DNA from: Lytechinus pictus
Lineage: Eukaryota
Assembly: GCF_037042905.1 (NCBI RefSeq)
Contig: NC_087245.1
Coordinates: 20,710,001 to 20,774,000 of the forward strand
Reading direction: 5' to 3'
DNA length: 64,000 nt
The notes under the pieces were generated by a model. The model worked only from the letters and a program-made list of their open reading frames with translations. It was not told the origin of the DNA and searched no databases. Made by a program: the position numbers and the translations under genes. Below are positions 1 through 11,529 of the stretch, one piece after another; position 1 is the stretch's first letter, and every line of letters begins with the position of its first letter.

Positions 1-331
1 TGTTTTCTAATTGGTTGGCAATCAATTTACATTCAAGTTTAGGAGTTGCGTTTGATTGCAAATCACTCTCAGTTAAAGAACCCCCCCCAAAAAAAAAAAA
101 AAAAAAGCAGAAGGCAAAGAAGAAGAATGAGGAGGAGGGGGGGGGGTGAAGAAGGAAGAGAATTATTTGCCTTGCACATATAATATAACAGTAAAGGAAG
201 AAAGAAAACAAGACTTGAAATCAGCAGGATTTAAACCTGTCATCTACTAGCTGACATCAACTCTACCTCTAGGCTCCATGCCACTGCTGGTCATTGGTAC
301 TTGCCATATAGCAATCAATGAATAGATCTCG

Positions 332-400
332 TTGGGTACCTATTCACCTCACCTGGGTCAAGTGCGGCTCATGTGGATACATTTTGTGCTGATGGAAATG
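332..400 (-). mobile_element. Fragment of tRNA-derived SINE (central domain), same family as 15367-15657
   Basis: gggtacctattcacctcacctgggtcaagtgc is the near reverse complement of gcactcaacccaggtgaggtgaatgggtacc in the SINE at ~15470-15500. Confidence 0.6.
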
Positions 401-2874
401 TTAATCTTTGCCATGCCGTTAGAGATCTAGATCTGGGACATGAAAATTTTACTTTGTGAAATCCCGACATTTAAACTTAGAAATGATGAGACTAAAAATC
501 ACAAACCCTGATAACCACATGTGGGGCGTTGTATCATCACTTGGAAAATTATAAATAAATCTAGCTGGGAAGTCATACTTTTGGGGGGCTAATTTTCTCA
601 GCAATTCACCTTTTCAACTAGACCAAAATTATTTTACATAGGTACATTTTTTTAAATTCATGTATACAAATACTTGGGTTGTAATTTTATTGGATTCTGT
701 TCAAACTCATTTTGAGATCATTACAACAACTAGCACTAAAAAAAAAATCAAACATAATTTTCTCATTTCTTTTGATTTTCTATATAATGATTAAAAGCCC
801 ATTTGAACTCATAAAATAGAACATTCTGCTTGTATTTTCTTTATCACAATTTACCTCACAAATCTCATTTGAATTGCATTTTTCACTGACATAAATTTCG
901 TATTCACATTCAGTGCCTTTATTGTTAACTCAAATACTAATGTTCTAAGTGAACTATACATTTTATCACGTGGAATTTTCTTGTGTAATATATCTTTTCA
1001 TTAATTTAGCTGACAAGTGAAACGTTTTCCTAATGGTCCATAGTGTCTCGCTGTATTACAAATACACTGGAAATCAAAATATATTTAGGATTTTGTATTT
1101 GTACATGCTGTATATGTAGCATTTTTATATCCTCATTTCCTATCCTATTTGAAATGCTTTCATACAAGGGTCATTGTTTATTTGTTAAATAATATTTATT
1201 TTAAAATTTGTAAATATGACAGATGTACAATTTCTGATAATTATTTTGCTCTCAATTTCTTTTATTCATCCTTAATCCATCAAGGATAATTGCTCTTGCA
1301 AACTCAGTGTATTTTCTCGTTAGAATGATGGAAATAACATGTACACATACATGCATTCAGTTTATGATTATGATTTAGTTCACAATTTGATGTATTTCTT
1401 CTTATTCCTAACAAGAATTAATTGATGTCTGTTACTATCTACATGTATCTGTTGAAAATTTGTCTGTTGCGCATTTCTGATTTAGCTCACAATTCAATCT
1501 TAAAGCAGATTGTCATATCCTAATCAAATTCTGGATTATGTTTATCATAATCATGTTTAGAAAAATGCATTTTGTTTACCATGTTGTCATTATAGGCAAA
1601 GCAGATCCAAAAAGAATGTCTAATAAAGTTTAGAAATACACATGTTCCCCTTTTGGGATTTCATTTATTATTAAGTGTAGTCAAAGGCATCATCAGCTCG
1701 GGGGGGGGGGGGGGTTACCCCTGTGTGGCAAAAATAAACCAAGTGTATTATGCTGTTAAAAGTTTGCAATTTTGATATTCATATTAAACAAGCAGCTATA
1801 TTACAAGCTCTGCATATGGGAAGAAGGGGGTGTTTTGATCCCAGGGGGAGTGGGGGGCAAATGATAGACCCTGAACACACACATACACACAAATACTTTT
1901 AAAGGTTTGGTTTCTCCTTGGATCCATCTTATTCTCTAGTTCATATATTTGTAACTTACAGATAACATTTATCGGGGGGGGGGGCGTTCTATCACTGCTC
2001 CTTCTATTTGGTATGCGTGATGCTTTTATTTGTATTTCAGAAGCTTTGCTAAACATGTCTACAATTTTCGCTCTTACTAGCCATTATTTCTATTGAAGGT
2101 CCAGATTGCGGATTCATGTTTTTCCTTAATTTCAAGTTTTTCACTCAACACAATATAAGAATACACTTTTTTTTTTATGGCTGAAGCTTATTTGCCTGTA
2201 CTTGTGACCTATGCTTCTCATGTACATATTTTTATATTCATGTCATTCATTCATGTTTGTATAAAGGTGAAATATGTAGTGTCCAATGTCCAAAAATTGA
2301 TTTTGAAGGGGAAACAAATAGTTTTGACATGCTGACAGATTTGTATTAAAATTTCTACAAACTGCAAAATCATTTAGTGAATTGACTTCAGATTCCTGCT
2401 TGGTTTGGCATGATCATCATAGCAGGTGAGACAACTGGGATGAGAGAAAGAGACACACATGTATCGTCAGAAAAGAGAGATCAAAGGGATCAAAAGTATC
2501 AGAAAATAAATGTAATGTATTCAACTGTATTAAGCATCCAATAATGTCTGATTTTGACAATTTAAAAGTGAGTTGAGAAAAAAAATGTATGCTTCAACAC
2601 AAATAACAGACATCACATTGTACATATTAATGTGTTCCTTCAAAGGCTTATATTGAGAATGATATAATTAGTACACAATAAATAACTGGTTCATTTGTTG
2701 AAGAACATTATATATATATAAATGTGTGAAGTTATACATGTACAACAGCTTTGGCAACTCTTTTATTTAAATAGTTTGTGAAAGAAATGGATGAAGAGAA
2801 CAATGGTAGGCTTAGCTTAAATCAAGGTTCCCCAGAGCTATCTACCCTTTGGAAAAATTGGTGATGCCGAAAAA

Positions 2875-2946
2875 TGTCTCTGCTGGGAATCAAACCTGGG
2901 CCCCCAGCTTTGAACGCCGGTGCCTTAACCACTAGACCACAGAGAC
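2875..2946 (-). tRNA. Degenerate tRNA-like gene, anticodon TCA (left-arm copy)
   Basis: Reverse complement GTCTCTGTGGTCTAGTGGTTAAGGCACCGGCGTTCAAAGCTGGGGGCCCAGGTTTGATTCCCAGCAGAGACA followed by T5; T-stem mismatches and B box mutated (GGTTTGA). Confidence 0.55.
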
Positions 2947-3279
2947 GGGTAAGTGGCTAGGGCGACCCCGATCCGATTAACCGTCAGACAGATTTTCGAC
3001 ACTACCAATTATAATTTCCTTTGTCGGGTGAAGGTGGGTTTTGAACAATGACAAGCCGCCATGCCTCAGCTGGATCAAAGCTATTGCTTTGATACAGTAC
3101 CAGTATGGGAGAAAGTATACAAATGTGTGAAGTTATACTGTATCAAAACAATAGCTTTGATCCAGCTGAGGCATGGCGGCTTGTCATTGTTCAAAACCCA
3201 CCTTCACCCGACAAAGGAAATTATAATTGGTATAGTGTCTGACGGTTAATCGGATCGGGGTCGCCCTAGCCACTTACCC

Positions 3280-3351
3280 GTCTCTGTGGTCTAGTGGTTA
3301 AGGCACCGGCGTTCAAAGCTGGGGGCCCGGGTTCGATTCCTGGCAGAGACA
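3280..3351 (+). tRNA. tRNA / tRNA-like gene with anticodon TCA (opal-suppressor type, short variable arm)
   Basis: Acceptor GTCTCTG/CAGAGAC, D stem GTCT/AGGC, anticodon stem CCGGC/GCTGG with loop GTTCAAA (TCA at 3313-3315), variable GGGC, T stem CCGGG/CCTGG with loop TTCGATT, discriminator A, then TTTTTT (3352-3357); intact A and B boxes. Confidence 0.75.
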
Positions 3352-3600
3352 TTTTTTGGCATCACCAATTTTTCTAAAGGGCAGATAGCTCTGGGGAACC
3401 TTGATTTAAGCTACACCTACCTTTGTTCTCTTCATCCATTTCTTTCACAAAATATATATATATATACACACAGTGTCTACAAGAATTATTTGCAAGCTAC
3501 ATACAACAATGCAAAATGAGAAGAGCTATGAACAAAAGTTCCTAACTTGGCCATCATAAAACAAAATGAATTAAACGTATATCATATGAAAGAGAAGTAA

Positions 3601-4530
3601 GTACAGCCTTTGTTTTGCCCCTAGTTGCAAATTGTGATCGGTCATGCATGAATGATTATGAATCCTAATAAGCAATAATGCACATTTTCAGACCAAATGA
3701 TTGCAGACGAACCATGTATGACTGCTGTTGTCTCATTGACTTTTGTAAAGGGGTGCAAATAAATTCATTTTTCATATTTCATTTTCTGTCAAAATATAAA
3801 AAGAAATTGAAAAAAGTATGGTCTTTGTTTTGCACCTAGTTCCAAATAGTGACCAGTTATGAATGAATGATTTGTAACATATGCAACTGCACATTTTCAG
3901 ACCTTGTTATGATTATTGAAGTGTATTGCGTAATGCTTCACTGATCATGACATATTTCATACTTTTTTCTGAGAGATGAGATTTTTTTTTTAAAGCAGTA
4001 TTTCTGCATTTATTAATAAATCAAAATTACAAATTTATAACAATGATATAAAATCAAACATACATACTGATCAAGTTACAAAGGTGACAATTGTATAGTA
4101 GTTAAGTAGATATATAGACATAATATTCATGTAAACAATAACAAATGAATTTAAATGCAGAGGCCAGCTATCATAAGCTGAAAGCTTGAAATAATAGCAG
4201 CCAGGGGATGATATAGTTTTATTTGATATAACTTCCTAATATTTCAGTCGGTATTACACATTTCACAAACGATTTTAAATGAATGGATGTCTGACTGGTG
4301 TCACCTCATTGACTTTTGTACAGGGGTGTAATAAGATTCATTTTTCATAAATTTTATATGAAACTAAACCATATCTCAACTCTCAGAAAAATGAGAAATA
4401 AGTTGTGATCACTGAAGCATTGCGAGTTATGCTTCAATAAAATATGCATTCTCGCACTTAAATGATTATAATCATTCATGCATGACTGATCACAATTTGG
4501 AACTGGGTGGAAAACAAAGGCTATACTTTT
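3601..4530. repeat. Old repeat with direct and inverted sub-repeats (decayed TIR element?)
   Basis: 3601-3690 recurs degenerately at ~3815-3900 and in inverted form at ~4441-4530; ctcattgacttttgta occurs at ~3732 and ~4305. Confidence 0.4.
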
Positions 4531-7253
4531 TTCTTCCATATGTTGTATAATTCGTTAGATTTTATGACACCTAGGTTATGAGTTTTTGACTTCCAGCTTA
4601 GTTCATCCGCTCATTATATAGTGTTTTTAATGTACAGTGTACAAATAATTCCTGTATACACTATATTCTATATCATCAAAAACTTTAACCGAGCCCTTTA
4701 TCAAGTGGATACACATACATACACATTTTCCACTTTATATATACCGGTATATATATGTCCAAGCTAGTTACTTTGAATGCAAAATGAAGTCACCATAATT
4801 TACTTTCAATTATTAATAAGTTAATTTTATTTTTACATTTGTGCAATAAAAGACATCTTTCTCACAAAGTATATTGGACACAATTCTTCAATTCAATATC
4901 AAAGATATAGTTGATAACAATCAGTAATTTATTAGACAGTACTGAATACTTGTGTGGGAGTGAACCCCCCCCCCCCCTATTGAACATGAATACGTTACAA
5001 CAGCCCCCTTTCAAGCTTCCAAATTGTTCAATGACCTGCAACCATTCGATTAGAAAAAAAGAAGAAAAAAACTGTCGATATTTGCTTGTCTCATATTTTT
5101 CTTAAACCTATACCCCCCTCCCTATCGCCACCCCCTCAGATATTAATTAACTTACCCTTTTTCATTAATTTTGAATTAAGGATATTTTTTGTATATTGTT
5201 TGTTGCTTTAATTGTATACTTAGTTTTGCTTTAGCTAATTTTTGTGGTATAGGTTTTCCCTGTCAATTTCGACAAGATTTCATTCGATTAGATTATTTAG
5301 CATTCAAATTCCAGCAAATTATGCTCCACTTTTTTCCCGTGTTTCAATTTAACGATTTTTGTGTTCATTTCTATTTTTCATCATAAGAAAAGGCAAAATT
5401 ATTATTCAAATTAGCTTTCATTTGATTTAGTTTGGCAATATGACAATCGTCATTCAAGTTTGCAAAGTATGTAACAAAGAAGGAATTCTGTGTTGGATCT
5501 CGATTTCATTTTCACCTATAGACAATCAATTTTGCACTTACGCCGGTCAAATAATAAAGTAATCTCATTTCCCCCTTTATGAATTATTTGCTTTATTTCT
5601 TTTCTGCCACTTTAACATTCAGGTGATTTTTTTTTTATAGTAATAATCTGTATTGGCTGTTATTTTTTCATCTTCTAACATAATTGTTTTGTGGACTTTA
5701 TTTGTATATTTGAGGACGCGTGTCTCAGTTTTAATCTCTATTTCATTTTGTTTAAACATTTTTTGTTTTCTTTATGATGCCTTATGATCTCGGCTGTTAA
5801 TTTCCTTGCCATTCAAACACCTGGGCAAATACGTTTCGGAATGGTTAAGCCATTGGGTGCACTTATCAAGTGATGTGGATCAACATCAGAGATACACGGT
5901 TGTAGCGTTGAGCTGCAACGATTGCTGGTTTGATAGAACTTTATAAAAGACAACCTTCTCTGACGACTTTATATTGGGATCTATCCGCTAAATGCTCTTA
6001 ACCCCAATCTTGTCCTTTCGACGCTTATAGATATTTCAAAATAAATCAATGGGCGGCAATCCAGCGGAAAGGGACGGTGGGGGGGGGGTGGGGAGGACGT
6101 GTTGGTCCCCCTTCGAATATCGATTAATATAAAGCGTTAGACATGTTTGAATCTATTCAAGTTTTTGCGTATACGCTTTGCACGACGGTTGTTCTTGACA
6201 TTCTGAGATCATGAGAGAGGCTCCCTGACATATATAAATAGGAAATATAAAGGTTTCATGCTGGATTCCATGTATTCAAAGCAAATTGCCAGGAAATAAA
6301 CGTCCATTGAATCACTAAGTTATATAGAGACCAACTCCGACCCTGCAAGGAACTGCGGTGGTGAGACATTAAGAAGATCGAAGAGCACTTTTCATTACAT
6401 TAGCTCACATACAGCTTCAATACCTACATCGATGCATATTTCTTGGATCAATATTCATCTTTTCCATTTTTTTTTCAATACCCCTCCCCCGTTAAAATAG
6501 ATTTATAATGCTTAATTGAAAATAGCGTCTTATTTACCGAGTTTAGTCATTCCAGATGTAAAAAAACATGGAAATTAGGAAACAGTTACATTTATCGACA
6601 CATCGCATAACACGTAAAAAACTTACGAAAAGGTATTTTTCAGTTCGTGAAATCGAATACGCCGCTTCCTCCCACGACTTAACACGTTTTAATTAGACTG
6701 CTGTTTCGACGAATTTGAATGCTGATACGGGGATAGATAAATTGAAAAATCTTAGTCTTATTTTGTATTTTGATTATAGTTAATCGCACGCGAAAGAAAT
6801 AAAATTGAACAGCAAAATTTGCTTTTTAATTGTTGATCCACATTGTCAATCGATTTTGGGTGAAATCAAACAGAAAATACATATATTCCAATGATAAATC
6901 TACAAAGATGACCGGGAAAACCCTCTTTTGCAATGTTCACGGACAGCTGAAAGCATGACCTTTTAATCGTAATTAAATAAAATAAAATACAAAAATAGAA
7001 ACAATTGAACAAATGTCAGGTGAACAAAGAGCATTCAAAAAGTTTTTATGAGCTTCGCAATTTTGAATGAAATTAATGTCCATTGAAATGAAAGCTTTTG
7101 TTTTGTTTTAGGACAAAGATAATTCTATGCATGATAATATTCACTTCAAGAATTCACATAATTCACATGACCATTTAATATTGAATAACAACGTGCAATA
7201 TACTAAGCATGCTCACTTAGTTTAAATTTCGTTAGGTTAAAAGATAAATAATA

Positions 7254-8803
7254 CAGGGGGCTGATCCAGCTTTCGCCAATAGGGGGGGGGGGGCGAAAAA
7301 TTAGTTCATTCATAATTATTTTCCCCGATCGGCCGCTCAAAATGGATTATTATTTTCTTCTTTGAAGGGGTAGTCCAAACATTAACTTCTTAGTTTTATC
7401 ATCACAAAACATAAATAAGTAATACTCTCATATAAGCCATAATTAAATGGTACGAGTGCGAAGCGCGAGCTATTTTTTTAGGAAACCTCGTGTATTTTGT
7501 TCTGAAAATTGAACATTCTGAGCAATGACTGTAATCGAGAACAAGATATGTAAGTAACTAAATAATTACTGCGAGCGCGAATCACGAGCAGAAAATCTTA
7601 ATACACGTTCTGGCCTGATTGAGAACAGACCTTTTAAGGACTTTTTACAGGTCAGTTACCCATGGAAACTATACATACTTCAACAATCAATGAATGCGAG
7701 CGCGAAGCGCGAACTGAAAATTTTTCACATTTTGACCCCAAAATTTGACATTCTAAGAACTTTTTGTAATCCTGTAATTAACAGGATAGGTATATAACTA
7801 AACATTCTATGCGAGCACAAAGCGAAAAAAAAAGAGATTTAGACCTAGACCTAAAAACGGGACACACTATTCATGCTTCGTAAATCACGAAAAGGGTGAC
7901 TAATTGGGTATCTATAATGCGAGCGCGAAGCGCGAGAAAAATACGCGTTTTTATTATTATTTTTTATTTTTTTAGATTTAGACCTAGAATCTTGGTATTC
8001 TAAATACATTTCTTTTATTATGAAAATCAATAATGCGCGAGCTGCAAAACATTGATGGCGATCTGAAGAGGGTCAATTTAAGCAGTTTTTCAAGCATCGT
8101 AGGAAATTTGTGAAGTGGATATGGATCGTACTTCACAAATGATGCGAGCACGAAGCGCGAACCGATTTTTCAAATTTTTATTTAGACCATGTAGTAGGTC
8201 CATGATTAGACCAAGCACCAGGGAAATTGTAAGGACATTTTGTCATCATATGAAAATGACTATTTTCCTATTCCTCTTCCTAAGCGCGAGATGAAACTTG
8301 TCGATATCGATATTCCATTCTGAACTTGAAAAAAAAGGACAATTAAATTATTATGAATTCATGAAACCCTGGCCTTACCTTATTTCATCAATCTAATATA
8401 TCTGTTGATATTAAGGCCTGAAACCGGACATTTTAGGCATTGTTTAAATATTGTTTTACGGCCTACTTGAGCGCATATGGTATCCTCCTATATATGCAGA
8501 GCCAATCGGCCGTTGATGGAGTGCAGGCCGGAGACCCATGTGCAGGAGAATGTCTTGATGCGCGCGCAGTTGCGGTAGTGTGATTTGCTTACAATTGTGA
8601 ACCAACAGAATGCGGTGCCACTGCGAGTAGACCTGTGGGGATCGGGCCGGCCATTACGAGGCCGTAAATTCAACATGGGTATAATACCTCCTTCGTACTT
8701 TCTGTTTTTCAGCGTTTCTCTCAAGTTAAAAGAACATTTTTTCTGGGGGGGTTGCCAAAAAATAGGGGGGGGGGCCGGCTCGGCCCCCTTGGATCCGCAC
8801 CTG
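7254..8803. mobile_element. Non-autonomous hAT-like TIR element with internal GCGAGCGCGAAGCGCGAG-bearing sub-repeats
   Basis: Termini CAGGGGGCTGATCC ... GGATCCGCACCTG; aataata on both flanks; homologous to 44735-46015; motif recurs about every 110-125 bp. Confidence 0.7.
8459..8664. mobile_element. Small MITE nested in the 7254-8803 element
   Basis: tttacggcct (8455-8464) and aggccgtaaa (8659-8668) inverted ends, TA on both sides, GC-rich interior not seen in the related copy at 44735-46015. Confidence 0.5.
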
Positions 8804-8951
8804 AATAATATATAATTTATTATGCTTCATTAAGCTTCAGAAGTTCAATACATTGAAGAGTTACGTCAAATTTCATTTATTATGTTAAAAGTTGACAACA
8901 AGACAACAAGGAATGGACGAATTGATTTTTTTTTCACAATACCTCAAGGCA

Positions 8952-9992
8952 TTACAAACCCGTCATCGGTGGCAAGTTGGTGGCGTTTGTTGAGAGGGAC
9001 TCCGATGCATCTATCTTGTGTTCGAAAACAGGACCGAGACGCGCACGGGTTCCGACGCAAAGACCCTTGATGGCTTTCCGAAAATGAGCATTCATAACGA
9101 TATATACCACGGGATTCATGCAGGAGTTGAAGAAAGCGAGGACGGTGAGGGCGCGGTGCAGAATGCTGTTGATGTAAGTGAAAGGAATTACGCCGATGGT
9201 AACGCCGAAAAAGGCAATTTGGTTTGGTGCCCAACATATGACATAGATGAGGATGACTATGACCATCATCTTGATGATACGAGATCGAGCCGCTAGAAGA
9301 CCACTCGAGCGCATTCCTACATCCTTGTTTCCCTCAAACCGTTTGGATTCTCGGAAAAGGTTCCGCGCAATCAGGGTCTGTGTCACCATCATGATCAGGA
9401 TCGGGATTACAAGTCGGATGACAAAGGTGTAGGCGCCGAACGCGAGCTGGGCTGTGGAAGTCGGGAAGGTGAAGATGCAACGTCCACTTGAGCCATCGAT
9501 TTCAAAGACGAAGATACCAGGGAAACACATGAGAAAGGCGGCAAACCATGTCAAAACGATGCAGATGATCACACGTCGTTTGCTCACCAGGCGGTTGAAC
9601 GCGAGTGGGTAGACGATGGCAAAGTAACGATCCACTGACACCGTCACTAATGCATAGGTTGAAGCTGTTATGGCGATCCACATGAGCATCTGGGAATCTA
9701 TGAGTCGACAGTAGATTTCACCCAACCATGTATCGGGTGCGGTCTGGAGATCGGGAATCGGGATTAGCAGAATGGACGTCAGGAGATCAGCCACCGCGAG
9801 GCTCTGAATCAGGATATCAGTGCTACGGCTATGAGATCGACGTTGAAACATGACGATCACCACCAACAGATTCCCCAGGATCCCGACGATCGCGACAACG
9901 AGCTGGATGACGAGTGACCATTGCCAATCTAGTGTTTGCCAAGACCAAAAAAGATTAAGAACATTCGACGCTGTTGTCTCAAGATTTTCCAT
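8952..9992 (-). CDS. Class A (rhodopsin-like) GPCR, galanin/allatostatin-A/somatostatin receptor-like, intronless CDS, 346 aa
   Basis: Seven hydrophobic segments with class A motifs: TM1 GILGN, TM2 SLAVADLL, ECL1 W..EIYC, TM3 SVDRY, TM4 W, TM5 LVIP, TM6 ICWAP, TM7 NSCMNPVVY; GC content clearly above flanks. Confidence 0.95.
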   Translation of the reverse strand: MENLETTASNVLNLFWSWQTLDWQWSLVIQLVVAIVGILGNLLVVIVMFQRRSHSRSTDILIQSLAVADLLTSILLIPIPDLQTAPDTWLGEIYCRLIDSQMLMWIAITASTYALVTVSVDRYFAIVYPLAFNRLVSKRRVIICIVLTWFAAFLMCFPGIFVFEIDGSSGRCIFTFPTSTAQLAFGAYTFVIRLVIPILIMMVTQTLIARNLFRESKRFEGNKDVGMRSSGLLAARSRIIKMMVIVILIYVICWAPNQIAFFGVTIGVIPFTYINSILHRALTVLAFFNSCMNPVVYIVMNAHFRKAIKGLCVGTRARLGPVFEHKIDASESLSTNATNLPPMTGL

Positions 9993-11242
9993 GATTAAGT
10001 CCTAGAGAATGATACAAGATTCTGTTGTGGTTTGGATTGTTTTCGATGAATTAAAGACAGTCAATCACAGATTCACCCTTTAAAAGTTTCAATAAATTTA
10101 TCGCCAGCAACGCCCCCTTCGATGCAACAGTCCTAATTCGATGAGTTTCATTTGTGTTATTGACTGTCAATCTAATCCTTCGGATTATCAAACGGATACC
10201 GACATCGATGATGTAGAAGTCGACAGTCTGTCGCTTTCTGTTAGTGTAGTCGCTCTCGGGAACACTTATCTGCAAAGTGAAATATAATAGTAAATGGAGA
10301 GCGAATCATTATCTCACACCTGTAAAAGACTAAATTCATGTCTATTTATACTTCGAAGAAAGAGAAACATTTCCGCTACTCCGGGGGAAACTAAGTTACA
10401 ATAGCCAGACCTGACAACCTTTCAGATGTAATCACCCCAAGAAGAGCACATTCATTCTCATGTGACACTTACAGAAGTATATGCGTCTTCTGAATGCGAG
10501 GTCGCTTTTAATCCATCGGAATTACTCTAAAAGTACCCCCCTGGCGCGGCCGTTACTCTTTGAAGTGTTGGACGGCAATAAAGTGGTCTGTCATGGTCTT
10601 TCGAGAAAAAAAAGAGATTTCTTTTGCTAACGCGGTTTCAGTCGGGGATTATTTTCTCATTGGAATAGCCGAATCGTCTGCTTAACGACATTATCCGTCA
10701 AATCTTGTCATCTACTCATAACTTGTTCACATCTTCATTAGATGTCATTGCATGTCTTGATTAACAGTGCTTACCCCGAAAGCGGGGTGCGAGAAGCCAT
10801 AAAAGGGGGATGGGTCCGAATGGAAAACTAGAATAGAGCGCCAAATGACGAAGTCTTTCCCCGCAATTTTTTATGTTTTATATTGAAGATAATCGATTTT
10901 TCTTTCATTTTGATCCTCTATTATATTCCTTCCTTAAAGGAACATGTACCTTCTTCAGTTTATAAATAACAACAAAAAAGAAGCAATATGCAATTTAAGC
11001 ATGCTAAAAGAAAAATCAATGATAATTACACAGATTTTTCGAAACAGACTGTAGAAGGACATAAGGCAAGAATCAGACATTATTTGATACATTCGGTAAT
11101 TTGAATGTCATTGAGTAGGAATATTAATTCATAATCACCTGCTCATATCCAAGTCATTCCCATGGAGATATTAAACAATGGCAATATTATTTTGATGTGG
11201 AAATTAATGATGTGTCTGGTTTAGACCGAACTGTCTGCATGA

Positions 11243-11529
11243 CAGTGGCGTACCTGGGATTTTCACAGGGGGGGGGGGCAAAATCGTCCGCCAAAAAATT
11301 TGACAAGCAAAAAAAAAAAAAAAGGTCTTCAATCACAAATGAAGGATTTCGTACCAGAAAAAAATTTGACAAGCAAAAAAAAAAAAAGGGTCTTCAAGCT
11401 CGTCAGGGGGGGCAATAAAGGTATTCAAGCTCGTCAGGGGGGCAGGGATACGTCCTTTGCATGGGTTGTGGCTCGTCAGGGGGGCAGACTGCCCCCTCTG
11501 CCCCCCCCCCCCCCGTAGGTACTCTAGTG
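11243..11529. mobile_element. hAT-like MITE
   Basis: Ends CAGTGGCGTACCT ... AGGTACTCTAGTG; exact 8-bp TSD ctgcatga at 11235-11242 and 11530-11537. Confidence 0.8.

Larger units (their letters stand above)
2721..3451. mobile_element. (TA)n-flanked fold-back element with long inverted arms, each carrying a tRNA gene
   Basis: Inverted arms 2775-3099 and 3136-3451 with a 36-bp spacer; 18-bp direct repeat aaatgtgtgaagttatac at 2720-2737 and 3121-3138; (TA)n at 2709-2720 and ~3453-3466. Confidence 0.75.

Noticed and set aside
3280..3351. Calling the TCA tRNA the host selenocysteine tRNA
   Set aside because: 72 nt with a 4-nt variable loop and a 7/5 acceptor/T fold; tRNA-Sec has a long variable arm and is about 90 nt
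2721..3451. Hammerhead ribozyme as expected for Penelope-like repeats
   Set aside because: No CTGANGA...GAAA core with flanking helices found by eye on either strand; a covariance-model search is still needed
8882..9432. Short ORFs overlapping the GPCR on both strands
   Set aside because: Shadow frames of a GC-richer coding sequence with no recognisable motifs
10343..10350. TATAAATA on the minus strand upstream of the GPCR
   Set aside because: Common by chance in AT-rich DNA, and nearby acceptor-like sites suggest this may be intron
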